A stretch of DNA of 64,000 nucleotides from Callorhinchus milii. Taxonomy: Eukaryota. The translations under genes were made by a program, and so were the position numbers. The notes under the pieces were generated by a model that did no database searches, had not been told where the DNA came from, and was given only the letters and a program-made list of their open reading frames with translations. This document shows positions 26,000-38,300 of this stretch, one piece after another (positions within the stretch are counted from its first letter, which is position 1; the number at the start of each line of letters is the position of its first letter). The stretch is from assembly GCF_018977255.1 (NCBI RefSeq), contig NW_024704742.1, positions 60,886,001-60,950,000 of the forward strand, in the 5' to 3' direction.

Positions 26000-26180
26000 G
26001 GCGGCGCCGAGTCTCTGCCTCTCACACACACACACACACACAGAGAGTGGGGCAGTGACTGACTGCGGGGACAGCACAGGCCGCGCACTTCCTGTCTGAC
26101 GCTGTCCGCCAGCAGCAGGTGCCGCGGGTAACCAGTGCCCCGAACAGAGGTTCCGCTCCCAGAGGGAACCAGTCACCACC
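26000..26180 (-). promoter_or_regulatory. SPCS3 5' UTR / CpG-rich core promoter
   Basis: CpG-rich sequence directly upstream of the ATG; ETS-type CAGGAAGTG (26086-26094) next to a TGACG CRE half-site; no obvious TATA box. Confidence 0.55.
26023..26042. repeat. (CA)10 microsatellite in the presumed SPCS3 5' UTR
   Basis: Directly visible, about 24 nt upstream of the ATG. Confidence 0.9.
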
Positions 26181-26982
26181 CAACCCCCTCCCGCAAACCC
26201 CTCCTCCAACCCCCTCCCGCAAACCCTCCTCACAACCCCCTCCCCCAAACCCCTCCCCCAAACCCTCCTCACAAACCCCTCCCCCAACCCCTCCTCCAAC
26301 CCCTCCCCAAACCCCCTCCCGCAACCCCTCCCCCAAACCCCCCCCAAACCCCTCCCCCAAACCCTCCTCACAACCCCCTCCCCCAAACCCTCCCGCAAAC
26401 TCTCCTCACAAACCCCTCCCCCAACCCCTCCTCCAACCCCTCCCCCAACCCCCAACCCCTCCCCAACCCCCTCCCGCAACCCCTCCCCCAAACCCTCCTC
26501 CAAACCCCCTCCTCCCAACCCCTCCTCCCAAACCCCTCACTCCAAACCCCTCCCGCAAACTCTCCTCACAAACCCCTCCTCACAAACCCCTCCCCCCAAA
26601 CCCTCCTCCAAACCCCTCCCCCAACCCCCTCCCCCAAACCCTCCTCCAAACCCCTCCCCAACCCCTCCCCCAAACCCTCCTCCAAACCCCTCCCCAAACC
26701 CTCCCCAAACCCCTCCTCCAAACCCTCCCCCAAACCCTCCCCAACCCTCCCCAACCCCTCCTCCAAACCCTCCCCCAACCCCTCCTCCAAACCGCTCCCC
26801 CAACCCCTCCTCACAAACACTCCCCCAAACCCCTCCCCCAAACCCTCCTCCAAACCCCTCCCCCCAAACCCCTCCCCCAACCCCTCCTCACAAACCCTTC
26901 CCTCCAAACCCTCCTCACAAACCCTTCTCCCCAAACCCTCCTCACAAACACCTCCTCCAAACCCCTCCCCCAAACCCTCCTC
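26180..26982. repeat. C-rich degenerate ~12-13 bp tandem repeat (AAACCCCTCCCCC / AAACCCTCCTCC) upstream of SPCS3
   Basis: Directly visible; the plus strand is almost free of G. Confidence 0.95.
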
Positions 26983-29207
26983 ATGCTGTGGGTATCATGG
27001 TTCAGTGGCTACTGAAAACAAGGTATTGGTTTTGCACAGACTTGCCTGGACTGGTGCGGGTGTTTGGTGGGTCACTTCTTGATACCCTAAAAGTGGCCCA
27101 GGATACGGGCATCAAGAAGTGGCCCGTTCCTTGCCGAACACCCGCTCCAGTAGATTCCAAGCCACAATACCCATAGAGCGGCCATGAATGAAGAAAAATT
27201 CAATAAAGAAAATTGCATTTGGTTGACCAACCATTACTGGTCTAAGAACCGAAGCCCCGTCTGCTTGTTCAGGTGGATGTTAAAGATCTCATGGTACAAC
27301 TCAAAAAGAGAAGGAAATTTCTCATTGTGTCCTGGACAACATTTCCCCCAGATAAAATTGGTCATTCACTTCATGGCGGTTTGGACCACTACTATGTGCA
27401 AATTGGCTGCCTTGTTTATCCACAACATGCACATTCACTATACTTTTACAACAAATCCTGTGAAGCAATTTGAGACGTCTTCCTGAAGTAATAACCACTA
27501 TACAACAATTATGTAGCACCATTCAGGTGGGATAATGTCTTGGAGTACCTTATAATGGGGAGGGGTCAGTTGCCATGCAAGGGGTTGGTGACCTTAGGCA
27601 CAGTTGAAGAGGTAGGTAGGTTTTAAGGCAAGTAAGACAGGTAGAGGGAGGCAGTTTTAGAGTTTAGGGGCAACATATCTGAAGACTCAGCTACATGTGT
27701 ACTGGTGCTGCAAATGGCAAGGTACACATTCAGCAAGCGCAAGTTAGCCAAGCAGCGGAATGGGATAGAAGATCCAAGACTTATGGAGGTGTTAGGTTTG
27801 AAGGCATCGGCATCTATAAGTGAGACTGGGGATCATGAAGTTGATTCATTCGCAGGCAGGAAGCCAGTGGAGCCTGGGGAAGACTGGGGTGATGAGCATA
27901 CCGAGTTTGATGTGGTTATAAATGGAATCTTGTTGTTGTTGTTGTTGGTTGAGGATGTAGATGGTGGAGTTTTGCATTAACTGCATCTGATTGACGATGG
28001 AGCTAGGAGATGGAGGAAAGAGTAAATTTAAGAGTGAAGATGGGGACAGACAGACGGCAAAGGCCAGAATAAGGGTTTAGGTTGCATTCTGTTAAGAGAT
28101 AGGGGTGGAGGTGGGCAATGTAGTGATAAGGTTTTGGCTGATTAAACTTCAGTAACACCCCAATGTATGCCCTGGGGTCCCCAATCCTTAGCTCTTGCCA
28201 AACAATGCCTCATACTCTCCAAAATTAGGTAAACCGGGTGTATCTCTTCAGTGAGGGGGTGCACTTTCCATTCCAGACATAGGGACATTTCTATGTGTTG
28301 GTGATATCCATATGTGGAACTTGGAGTCTCATTTGGATTCTCTTCTGGAAGGCTTGAAAAGTGCTATATCAAGTGCAAGGAGTATTATGATATATATATC
28401 CTTCAGTATGGTGATACAGCTGTCAGTCACCAATGACCAAAAAAATGCTGTCCCTAATTGCAGTCACTTGGTGGAGCTGTGCAGAATTGAAATATTATAT
28501 GCTGCTGTTTCTGGATCAGTGCTATTGGGGAGAGGGAAGAAGGTCTCTGTTGCAGGACTTATTCAACCACAAGAATTACGTGCCACACAACTGCTGAAAG
28601 ACAGGAGTAATTGTTAATAAAATCAGTGAAATACAGAAGCATGTAAAGCATGTACATGATAAAAGAAAATAGAAAGAATGTAAGAAAATGGAAGCAGGGA
28701 TACATAGGTCTTTAAAGGTGGCAGTACAAGATGATAAAACAAGAAAAAAGCAAATGTTATTATTGCTTGTATATGTAAGGTCATTGAATGAAAGAATAAG
28801 GATATGTTTTATTTGTTCGGGACATTGATTGGCTGCAGTTTAATTATTGCATCCAGTTTTGAGGGTCCATTTACGGACCGTTCATATGGAGAAGGAAATG
28901 TGGAGATTCCAGGAGATTGCATCATAAGAACATAAGAATTTGTTAGGCCAAAGAAGACCAAGGTCCATCCAGTTCGCTTTCAACCATCCTGTTAGTTGCA
29001 TGCACAGGTCGAGTCCCAAACTATATATTGTATCATGAGATATTATTTCCTAACAAAAATCTGTTCAATTTGTTCTTGAAATTATCAACACTAGGGATGA
29101 GGAGTTATGCTTCTGCAGACATGTTTCAAAATTTGGGTATTTTACCAGTGGAACAGCAAAGGTTAAGTTACATAGAATTAATTAAAATGACAACTCACAT
29201 TTATATA

Positions 29208-29469
29208 ATAATAATCCTCGCATTTTATATAGAGCCTTATCACATCTTCTAAACACGGCAGCCAATTGTGCACAGCAGTGTCCCACAAACAGTCATTTGG
29301 ATTAAATGACCAAATTGTTATAATTTTTTTTGCAGGGATTATCACCTCTGGAAAAGCAATCCGCCAATCAACTAAAAAATGGGTTCCTACTTACTGCTAG
29401 GTAAACAGGCGTGTGGAGTAAGGAAACTTGCCTAACTTTTCGTTCTGCCCGGAAATCAAAGGACTCCAC
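29208..29469 (-). mobile_element. tRNA-derived SINE, long variant, internally deleted
   Basis: Tail, body, GGTTCCTACTTACTGCTAGG segment and GGACTCCAC end present, with gaps. Confidence 0.8.
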
Positions 29470-29987
29470 AAATAATGCCCTTCGTGCAAGGGAAGCGTCT
29501 TTGGTGCTCTTGAAAGTTACAGCAAGGAAACAGACCATTAGGCCCAATTGGTCCATGTTTATCTTTCCCCTCTAGGAGAGACCCAAATCTCTCCTAGATC
29601 CTTCCAATTCCTTCTCCCTCATGTATGCCTCAAGTTATTTAATATTGTTAATTCTGATTTGCCACCATTAATCACCAAATTAATCACCAAAGCCATCCTT
29701 GACTCATCTGAATAACAGCATCATAAAGGTGACAATTAGTTAGTAACTCCTCTGTACCTTAGTGTTCTGTGCAAAATTAAGTGACGATCTGTAGCAAGCC
29801 TTTTCAGTGAAGGGAGGCATCAAAGGTACAAAAATCACTCATTTGGAAAACAGCAGCTGAAACCCTCCTCAGGTTGCAAGGTGCATTTCCTACATTTCCC
29901 ACGTATATAACGCATCGTCAGCACAATCCTGACTGCAATGAGATCTTGGACTGAAGCCAAGTTCTCACAGGTTGGCATGATGTACAC

Positions 29988-31830
29988 ACAATACAATACA
30001 AAATTTGTAAAGCACCTTTCACATCGGGAGGATGTCCCAAACCGCTGAACAGTCAGGAATTGGGACCCGAGTGGGGGTGGGCCGGGGGTGGGGGGGGGTG
30101 GGTTTGGGATCAGAGGGTGGGATGGACCCTCTGAGGGTAGAGAGGACAGGATGGTGGCCGAAGAGTCGAAGAGGAGGGTCGAAGAGGAGGGTCTTGAGGC
30201 ATAATAATAATAATAATAATCCTTGCATTTGATATAGCGCTTTTCACGTCGGGAGGACGTCCCAAAGCGCTTCACAGAACACACTGTAAAGTGAATTGAC
30301 TGTATATTTGTGGGCGAACGCGGCAGCCAATTGCGCACAGCAATGTCCCACAAACAGTCGTAGATTGAAAATGACAAATTTATTATTGTTTTTGGTTTTG
30401 AAGGGATTATTATTAGGCGTGTGGAGTAAGGAAACTTGCCCAAGGTTTCGCTCTGCCTGGAATTGAACTCAGGTCTCTCGCTTGCAAAGCGAGTGCTCTA
30501 ACCACTGAGCTACAGGACTCCACAGGCATGCCTTGAAGGTGGCAAGGGAGGGAGTGAGGCAAGGAATGTGGGATGGTGTTCCAGAGGATGGGGGCAGAGA
30601 GGCTGAAGGGCCGACCACTGATGGTGGGGCGGGCTCGGTGAAGGACATGGAGCAGGCTGGAGCCCGCTGAACAGAGGTAGTGGACAGGTTGATAAGGGGT
30701 TAGTACATCAGAGAGGTAGGAGGGCCATGAAGGTGCGGACGAGAATTTTTAACTCTATCCTCTGAGGAATGGGGAGCCAGCGGAGCCGGGCGAGGGTGGG
30801 GGTGATGGGGTCACAGAGCCTAGTGCAGGCGAGGACATGAGCTGCAGAGTTCTGGATGATCTGCAGCTTGTGGAGCGAAGAGTTGGGAAGGCTGACAAGC
30901 AGGGCATTGGCATAGTCGAGCCTGGTTGTAATGAAGGCATTTATGAGGCTTTCGTCGGCCTGATGGATGAGGAGGTGGCGGAGTCAGGCAATGTTGTGGA
31001 GGTGGGGAAAGGCAGAATGGGTCATGGCACAGATTTGGAGGAGAAAGGACAGTTGAGGGTCGAACAAGATGCCTAGGTTCCTAACTGGCTTGATGAGGTG
31101 GAGTGTGCATCCATGGATGCTGATGCTGCCAGTGCCCCAGGTGAGGAGGCGCTGACCAGAGCCAATCAGGAGAGCCTCGGTCTAGTTGATGTTCAACTGG
31201 AGAAAATTAGCTCTCATCCAGGACTTGATGTCTGACAGACAGTCTGTCAGGACAGCAGTGATCCTGGAGTCGAGGGTGGCGGCAGAGACATAGAATTTGG
31301 TTTCATCCGCGTACATGTGGAAGTTGAGTCCATGTCTGCTGATGATGTCACCAAGAGGGAGCATGTACAGGTTGAAGAGGAGAGGACCAAGGACGGAGCC
31401 CTGAGCAACACCGCACAAGACAGTGCAGGAGCTGGAGGATAAGTCTTTTGTGGAAACAAAGTGGAGCCAATGTGAGAGATATGATTTGAACCATTCTAGG
31501 ACAGAACCTTGAAAGTTGAGGTGAGAGGAGAGGTGGTGGAGGAGGATAGAGTCATCCACAGTGTCAAAGGCAGCACAGATGTGGAGGAGGATGAGGAGAC
31601 AGAGAGAGTCCTGGTCAATTTGACCAGGGTTGTTTCCATGCTGTGGGCAGCATGGGAAACCCGATTGGAGGGGTTCGTAAAGGGACTGGCATGAGAGGAA
31701 GGAGTGAAGCTGAGAAGCCCAACCTGGATAACACCGAGCAGCCTGCAGGGAGAAGACAGAGGAGGGAAAGAAGATACCAATGGACTATACTACACCTGGG
31801 ATTCAAACCTGGTGGGCAGAAGTGACGTCA
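29988..31830 (-). mobile_element. L2-clade LINE, 5'-truncated and decayed (RT C-terminal part plus 3' tail)
   Basis: ORF 31182-31559 encodes GVAQGSVLGPLLFNLYMLPLGDII..HGLNFHMYADET (RT QG and YADD-like motifs) and WMRANFLQLN; frameshifts present. Confidence 0.92.
30203..30523 (-). mobile_element. tRNA-derived SINE, young short variant, nested in L2 with TSD AGGCAT
   Basis: Full length; AGGCAT at 30197-30202 and 30524-30529. Confidence 0.94.
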
Positions 31831-32019
31831 TGGGGGAGTTTAGGTGGGAAATTGTGAAATGGGGTACATGCACACATTTCAAAGCAAAGTATTAACCACT
31901 TCTTTCCAACATCCTGAAACGTAATTTCAGCACAAATCATTGAAGTAATTATCCTTGTATTTGATAACTGGCAACAAGTCATTTTAATATTGATAAATGC
32001 AAGATACTACACAAATAAG

Positions 32020-32415
32020 AAGTAAAAATAGGAAACACAAGCACTGGATGGAATTGAACTTTCCAATAGAAAGCTGAAGGAGATCTAGGGGTGTTAATTA
32101 CACATCGTTCACTACGTCAAAATAGTGTGAGGTAGCAATAAAACATGACAAACATGAAGTTGGGCAATATTGCCAGATCAATCGAGTTTAATTCCGAGAC
32201 ATCATACTAGGTTATATATTGCTCTGGTTAGGCCCCAACTGGAGCATTAGATAAAGTTCTGGTTACCGCAACACTAGAGGCAGGACCTAGAGGCAGTGCA
32301 GAGGAGAGCAACAAGAATGATCCCCAATTTTAGAGGAGTGACCTAAGATTAGACAAGCTAGAGCTCTTCAGTCTTGAGAGAAGATAATTCAGATGGGATC
32401 TTATAGAGGTATATT
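32020..32415 (+). mobile_element. Old CR1 fragment (further CR1 remnants near 15940-16270 -, 16640-16770 +, 28640-28920 +, 51400-51900 +, 56000-56290 -)
   Basis: GATCTAGGGGTG (DLGV), CTGGTTAGGCCCCAACTGGAG (LVRPQLE) and CTAGAGGCAGTGCAGAGGAGAGCAACAAGAATGATC (LEAVQRRATRMI). Confidence 0.78.
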
Positions 32416-32589
32416 TCACCAACAAAATATACAGTCAAAACTACTTTACAGTGTATGCTGTGAAACATTTTGAGACATCGCCTCGCCAGATAAGGCACTA
32501 TATCAAATGCAAGGATTATTATTATTATGGGAGGAAAGTAAGGTAGGCATTCTGGTGGGATGAGATTCAGTGGGCCAAGGGCCATCTTC

Positions 32590-32865
32590 ATCAACAACAA
32601 CAACAAATTGTATGTGTACAGCACCTTTCAAGTCAGGGGACGTCCCAAAGCGCTGGACAGACAGGGATCCGCACCTGAGCAGGAGGTTGGGATTAGGAGG
32701 GGTGGAGGGCTGAGCGGGTAAGGGTAGGAGTGTGACCGAAGGCACGATCGAAGAGGAGGGTCTTGAGACAGGTCTTGAAGGAGGCAAGGGAGGGGGGGAG
32801 GTGTAGGGACTGTGGGATGGAATTCCAGAGGATGGAGGCAGAGAGGCTGAAGGCCAGCCCATCAA
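32590..32865 (-). mobile_element. L2 3' end fragment
   Basis: Same 3' region as the 29988-31830 element. Confidence 0.8.
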
Positions 32866-34314
32866 AACCTATCCTGTGATCTTGCCTGTATCATTAAAGC
32901 AAAAGTGATTCACAGGAAACTCCTGTCTAGTGTAGTGACTGTGCATTTGTACACAAACACACTAACCAAATTAAGCACCTCAAGATCCCAGAGAATGATC
33001 AATTTATCTGGAATATTATTACCCAGAATACTCAAAGAAATTTCCTATTTTGTATAGTGACATGTCATCTTTAATGTCTACTTGAACAGTCAGCAGCACA
33101 GATACAATGAGCTAAATCGCCTCGTTCTGGGCTGGACATTCTATGGTTCCATTTAATCTCAAACTGCGATGATTTATATCTTATCTCCTGTGTAAACACC
33201 GTAATCGTTCTCTGTGATCATATGATGTTACCACAACTATTGCGAGCTTGTCAGGAGTTGCCTTTTGATATCATCACATGGTGCTTTTTCCAACAACTAG
33301 CAATTTGATATCGGTCACAGAACTCAACTTGCCTATTTAGCACCAGATAATATAAAAGCTTCACAAGACATAAAATTATGCTCATATCTGACGATACTGC
33401 AATGCCCACAACATCCTATAAAAAGAAACCAATGGAAAATTAAGAAAGATGCAAACAAAGTTGGCATCATTGACACTGTGGTTTGCATTATATGAGTCAT
33501 ATTATTTTAATAGGAAATATGTACTTCTACAAACAGTTGTCAGTGACAAATGATGGATTAAGGATTCAAGTGTTATAAGCGATCATATTGATTTGAGTAG
33601 AAGTGCTGCAAACCTTAGGAAAATCCTCTTGATTTTATGTATTGATAATTAATTATATTGACTGCTGCCAAAATCTTTTCGGGAGAGACAGTACAATACT
33701 AAAACTCAGATAAAGATTACATTGCTTTAACGTTACAATCAATAAACTTTAATTCAGTTTTTTTTTCTACTTACAGAATAAAATGAACAATAAGCAGTGC
33801 AAGCTAGTGTCCCAGAGCAGTTAATACAAATCCTTTTACACAACTCTCATAATAGACCCCATCCATTGTCAAGCATTGTCAAACTTCACGATTGGTGTCT
33901 GGAGAACTATATCCCCAGCAGAAAAAAAACAAATTAAACTCCTTGAGGAGGAAAGGACAGAAAAATTGTGAGGAAACAAACAAGTGAGATACTGGAGGAT
34001 TACTGACGTCTGGAATTATATGACAGCATCTTCAGGAAAAATGATAAAACCATACATATACAGTCAATTCACTTTACAGTATATTCTGTGACGCACTTTG
34101 AGACGTCTAGAAGATGAGAAAAGCGCTACACAAAATGCAAGGATTATTATTATATTATTTTATTTAAAAAAATCACTTTCAAATCCTTGGCAAATATATA
34201 TGTTCAAGAAAGGAGCACAAAACATTTATATATTATGATCTCTTTCCAGTGCAATATATCTTACATGACTCTGCATGTCAGTTCCATGATTTTATGAGGG
34301 CTCTTTCTCCAGAG

Positions 34315-34750
34315 TACAACAACAATTTGCATTTACATTATAGCGCCCTTCACACTGGGTAGCGTCCCGGTGCACTTCACAGTGGCGGAGTCTGACAATG
34401 GGCCAGCGGAAAAGGGAGGGGGGAGGTGACCCTAAGTACGATCAAAAAGGAAGGTCTGTTTGTGGGATTTGAAGGTGGATCGTGGGGGGAAAAGTGGAGG
34501 GATTGAGGGAAAGCGTTCCAGATTTTCAAGGTATAGTTTGTGACTGAAGCCACTGATGTTGGAACGAAGGGCACAAGGGACAAATAGGAGGCCGGAGTCA
34601 GCCGGGCAGAGGCAGTGGGTGGTGGAATGGGGAATAAGCAAGTCGGGTAGGTAAGGAGGTGCAAGGGAGTGAAGTGATTTAAAAACGAGTGAGAGGATCT
34701 TGACTTCGATCTGTTCGGTGATTGGGAGCTAGTGGAGCCTGTCAAGGACT
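34315..34750 (-). mobile_element. L2 3' end fragment just upstream of ASB5
   Basis: L2-type tail and C-terminal coding remnant (FKSHKQTFLFDR). Confidence 0.75.
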
Positions 34751-35117
34751 GGTGTAAGTGGACAATATTAACGTATAAGTCATTGGTTTAGGTATAGTTT
34801 AACAGCATTCCAAGATCTTAACGTGTACTGTAATCATTTCTATTTCCGTAGCTATGAATAGTTGGGAGCAGCTATGAATAGTCTATCGGGAAATAATGTC
34901 CATGGAATAAATTGTTCTATCAGATGAGCAACACAAGTTCTTCTGTATAGTATATTAGCAAAAATAAAGCTTCCATGACAAATATACTTCAAATAGATTT
35001 TGAGCAGGCACTGTTACAACCACCTGATACTTAGTTTGCCAGGTCCCAGCTGTTAAGGGAGCTTGTGAAGCAAGCCAGAGTTCACATGAAAACATTTATT
35101 GTTGCTGACTGGAAGCA

Positions 35118-35310
35118 ATGACTGGAGTGGAAAGCGACCGTTTTTCCCAGCACTTAGCCAATGTCTATTTCTCTATATTTGCGCTTTTCTGTTTCAAGTT
35201 ATTTGTTAAAATTAGCCTCGCCATTCTGAGCCACTTCTACATAGTCAAAGGGAACCGTAAAGAAGCGGCACGAATAGCAGCAGAGTTTTATGGGGTTACT
35301 CAAGGACGTG
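35118..35310 (+). CDS. ASB5: ASB5 coding exon 1
   Basis: [64 protein letters not shown](G); donor GTAAGT. Confidence 0.96.
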
Positions 35311-38300
35311 GTAAGTTTTCTTTTATTGCTTCACAGAGTCTGTTTCAGGTTTCACTTTACTGCATTTAATATACTCTGGTAAAGTGAAACGGCATCAAAA
35401 TATTCCTTAATGCAGTGTGGTTGTTGTTTTGTTATGTCAGTACAGTGGAATTTCAGTAAACCTTTCAGTGTCTCTCACTTTGCTCAAAGTTGTCAACTAG
35501 GACGCCTGTTTTGACATTCAACATTCCTACAGTGTCTGCCAAGTGCCTTCTGCTGTGGAGGCATCCATGTTTTATATTACAGTTGTCATATCCTCTCTCA
35601 TTGCTTGTTAAATGATGGACGAGTTCGAAATCCTTCCGCATTTTCTATGGATTTAATTTTTGTTTACATTCTGACAGTGTATAGAATGGTGATGAAATGT
35701 GTGCAAGAGATGAATAATGCATTGTACTCATTCAATTACAAATTGCGAATGTATCATTCAGTCACACTCAACTTGAACAAAACCAATCAACATTACCTGT
35801 ATGCGTACAACACTTATACACAGTATTTACAAAAATACCCTGATATTTCTATAATAAAAGCATCTGGTGTGTTGATGTCAGCTTTCTCTTTTGGTTATAT
35901 GGATAACTGACACAGGCAAAAACCCATAACTACTTAAGAGTCTTCAAAGAAAATTGTGAGTTCCACATATGTATGATATCCATTTGTCTGGCATGGAGTT
36001 TACATTCTCTCTACAGAGGAACTCACAATGCTTATCTGATTCAGCAGAGTTTAGACACAATTTGGCAAGAGCCAAGGCTTAAGGACCCCAAACTGTGCAT
36101 TTGGGTTTATCCAGCTAAAGCCACACAGCCTACCATTGTGAATACAGTAATAGCAAGCTTCTTACTGCTTGTCCAACTAGGGCCATTCTACCCATTAGGG
36201 CTTTCGCTTCCAAGGTTAACAGAAGCTGAATGGGAACAATCCTTGCTCCGGTGACTTGTCTGTTCCTAATGATTTGCTAAGAACCAATTCCTCGGAGTTC
36301 TGCGGACCTATTTGGCTCAAGAACCAGATAACTAACAGAGGACAAACTCAATTCCAGGGTTGTCACTTTGGAGCCAACTCATCCCCAAAGAGGCCCAGCT
36401 TACCTTCCCCAAGCAGGGTCTTTAGATATCTGATAAGTGCAGTTGTGAACCCTCACTAGATGCATGGTAGATACCAGAAGCTCCCTGTGAGTCATACAGT
36501 GAACTAAACAAATTCAGAAATGTTGTCAATTATTTGTCTTCAATAGTAAGAACAGGTACCTGGAAACCTAACTCTTTGACCACACCTAAGGTCACCTCCA
36601 CCTCTCCTTTCTCTCTTTCTCAGCATCCAATCTCAGCACTGTACAGCACTCTGAGACTTTATCCCACATGAATACAAGTTGTTATTTTTGTTGTTCACTT
36701 GTACAGAAATACGGTAGGGTACAATCAAACAACATCAACAATGAATTACGTTTGTATAGCGTCTTTCATGTCACAAGGACGTTCCAAGGAGCTGAACAGT
36801 GAGGGATTCTAACCCAAGCTGGGGCTTGGGATCAGGAGGGATGGAGGGCAGTAAGAGTAGGGATAGGAGGGTGACCAAAGATGCGGTCGAAGAGGAGGGT
36901 TTTGAGACATGCCTTGAAAGAGCAATGGAGGGAGCGAGTTAAAGGGACTGTGGGATGGGGCCATATAGGCTGAGGGCCTGACCACCAATGGTGGGTGGAC
37001 TGAGCGGGCTGGGTGGGCCAGGCGGTGGACATGGAGCAGGCCGGAATCCACTGAGCGGAGGGAGTGGACAGGTCTATATGAAAATATTATCTGGAGGATA
37101 AACCATATCTGAACAGTGAAACATTTTACAGTTTAATCACGTTTGGTGAAATGTATGTTTCATTTTGTTTTAAACAAAACACTGAATGATGATGTGCCAA
37201 AAAAGTAAACTAATTTTATCTGTGGATATTAAGCACCATACCGATTTCATCATTAAAAATTCCGGCTCCTAACTTTTATATACTGACTTCCCGAGAACCT
37301 ATCAATCATTCTCTGAAACACCTCACTGGATTCTGCATCTGTGGTTACCCATAAAATACACCGTCAATTCACTTTACAGTATATTCTGACAAGCGCTTTG
37401 AAATGTCTCAACGACGTGATAAAGCGGTATATCAAATCCAAGGATTATTATTATGGATCCATGACACTATTCAAAAAGAGAAAGGAGTTTCTCTTTCTGG
37501 TCTGGCCAACAATCCACTGGATAAAATTAATCATTCACTTCATAGCTGTTTTTAGGACATTGCTGTAGGCAAATTGACTGCCACATTTGTCTATAAAATA
37601 CACAGTCACTACACTTTTCAATAAATCCTGTAAAGTGCTTTGAGACTTTTCAACAACATGAAACATGCTATATCCGATGTAAGCATTATTATTTGTTATG
37701 ATTCCAGGCTTCCCAGGGGAGTGAAATGAATCAATTTGATATAACACTAGAGATAACGAGAAGCTTTTGGCTCAGAAGATGTGTGACGTTGTTTTAAAAC
37801 TTTGCAGTTTGGAATATGTGACATTTGTTGGAACTGTAATTTAAAGGTTTAATAGATTTTACAAACTGAGAGAGTTTTGGAAATACTCTGTTGAAGGTTT
37901 TACTTTGATTTTCAAAATAGATCAAAAGTCATATTAAAATTCCTACCAGAATTGTAAGAACACATTCAGCATTTTCAGAACTTCTAAGAGGGTATTCAAT
38001 ACTTAAAAACTGACTCTTGAGAACTGTGTTGGAAACAAAACCACTGCTCTTAGCTGAATTATTTAATTCTATCTCTGTTAAATAAATCTGCTTCTTGGCA
38101 AATTGTTTTTGCTTCGTTCACAAAAGGAATATAGTCGAGTCTAATTAATGCTAAACTCTGTCAGACTGGACAAATTTATAAGATTATGTGTGCCATAACA
38201 ATAGAACCTCCCATTATAAATACCTGAAAAAGATTCCAGACTGTTCTGAAGGCATTTACAATGTCAAGGATAAGAAAAACAACAAATAAATTCCAAACTT

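Noticed and set aside
26180..26982. Interstitial telomeric repeat
   Set aside because: Units are GGAGGGGTTT-like and variable, not the vertebrate TTAGGG.
25074..27082. Pro/Gly-rich ORFs of 200-315 aa, including an apparent N-terminal extension of SPCS3 (25853-26518)
   Set aside because: These are translations of low-complexity repeats. The homologous start is the GCCGCCATG at 25999.
30450..30523. tRNA-Ala-like sequences at SINE heads
   Set aside because: There is no proper acceptor stem, and each continues into a SINE body and tail, so they are not tRNA genes.
31182..31559. Reverse transcriptase ORF as a functional or domesticated gene
   Set aside because: It is a fragment of a truncated L2 with frameshifts; YADD has become YADE.
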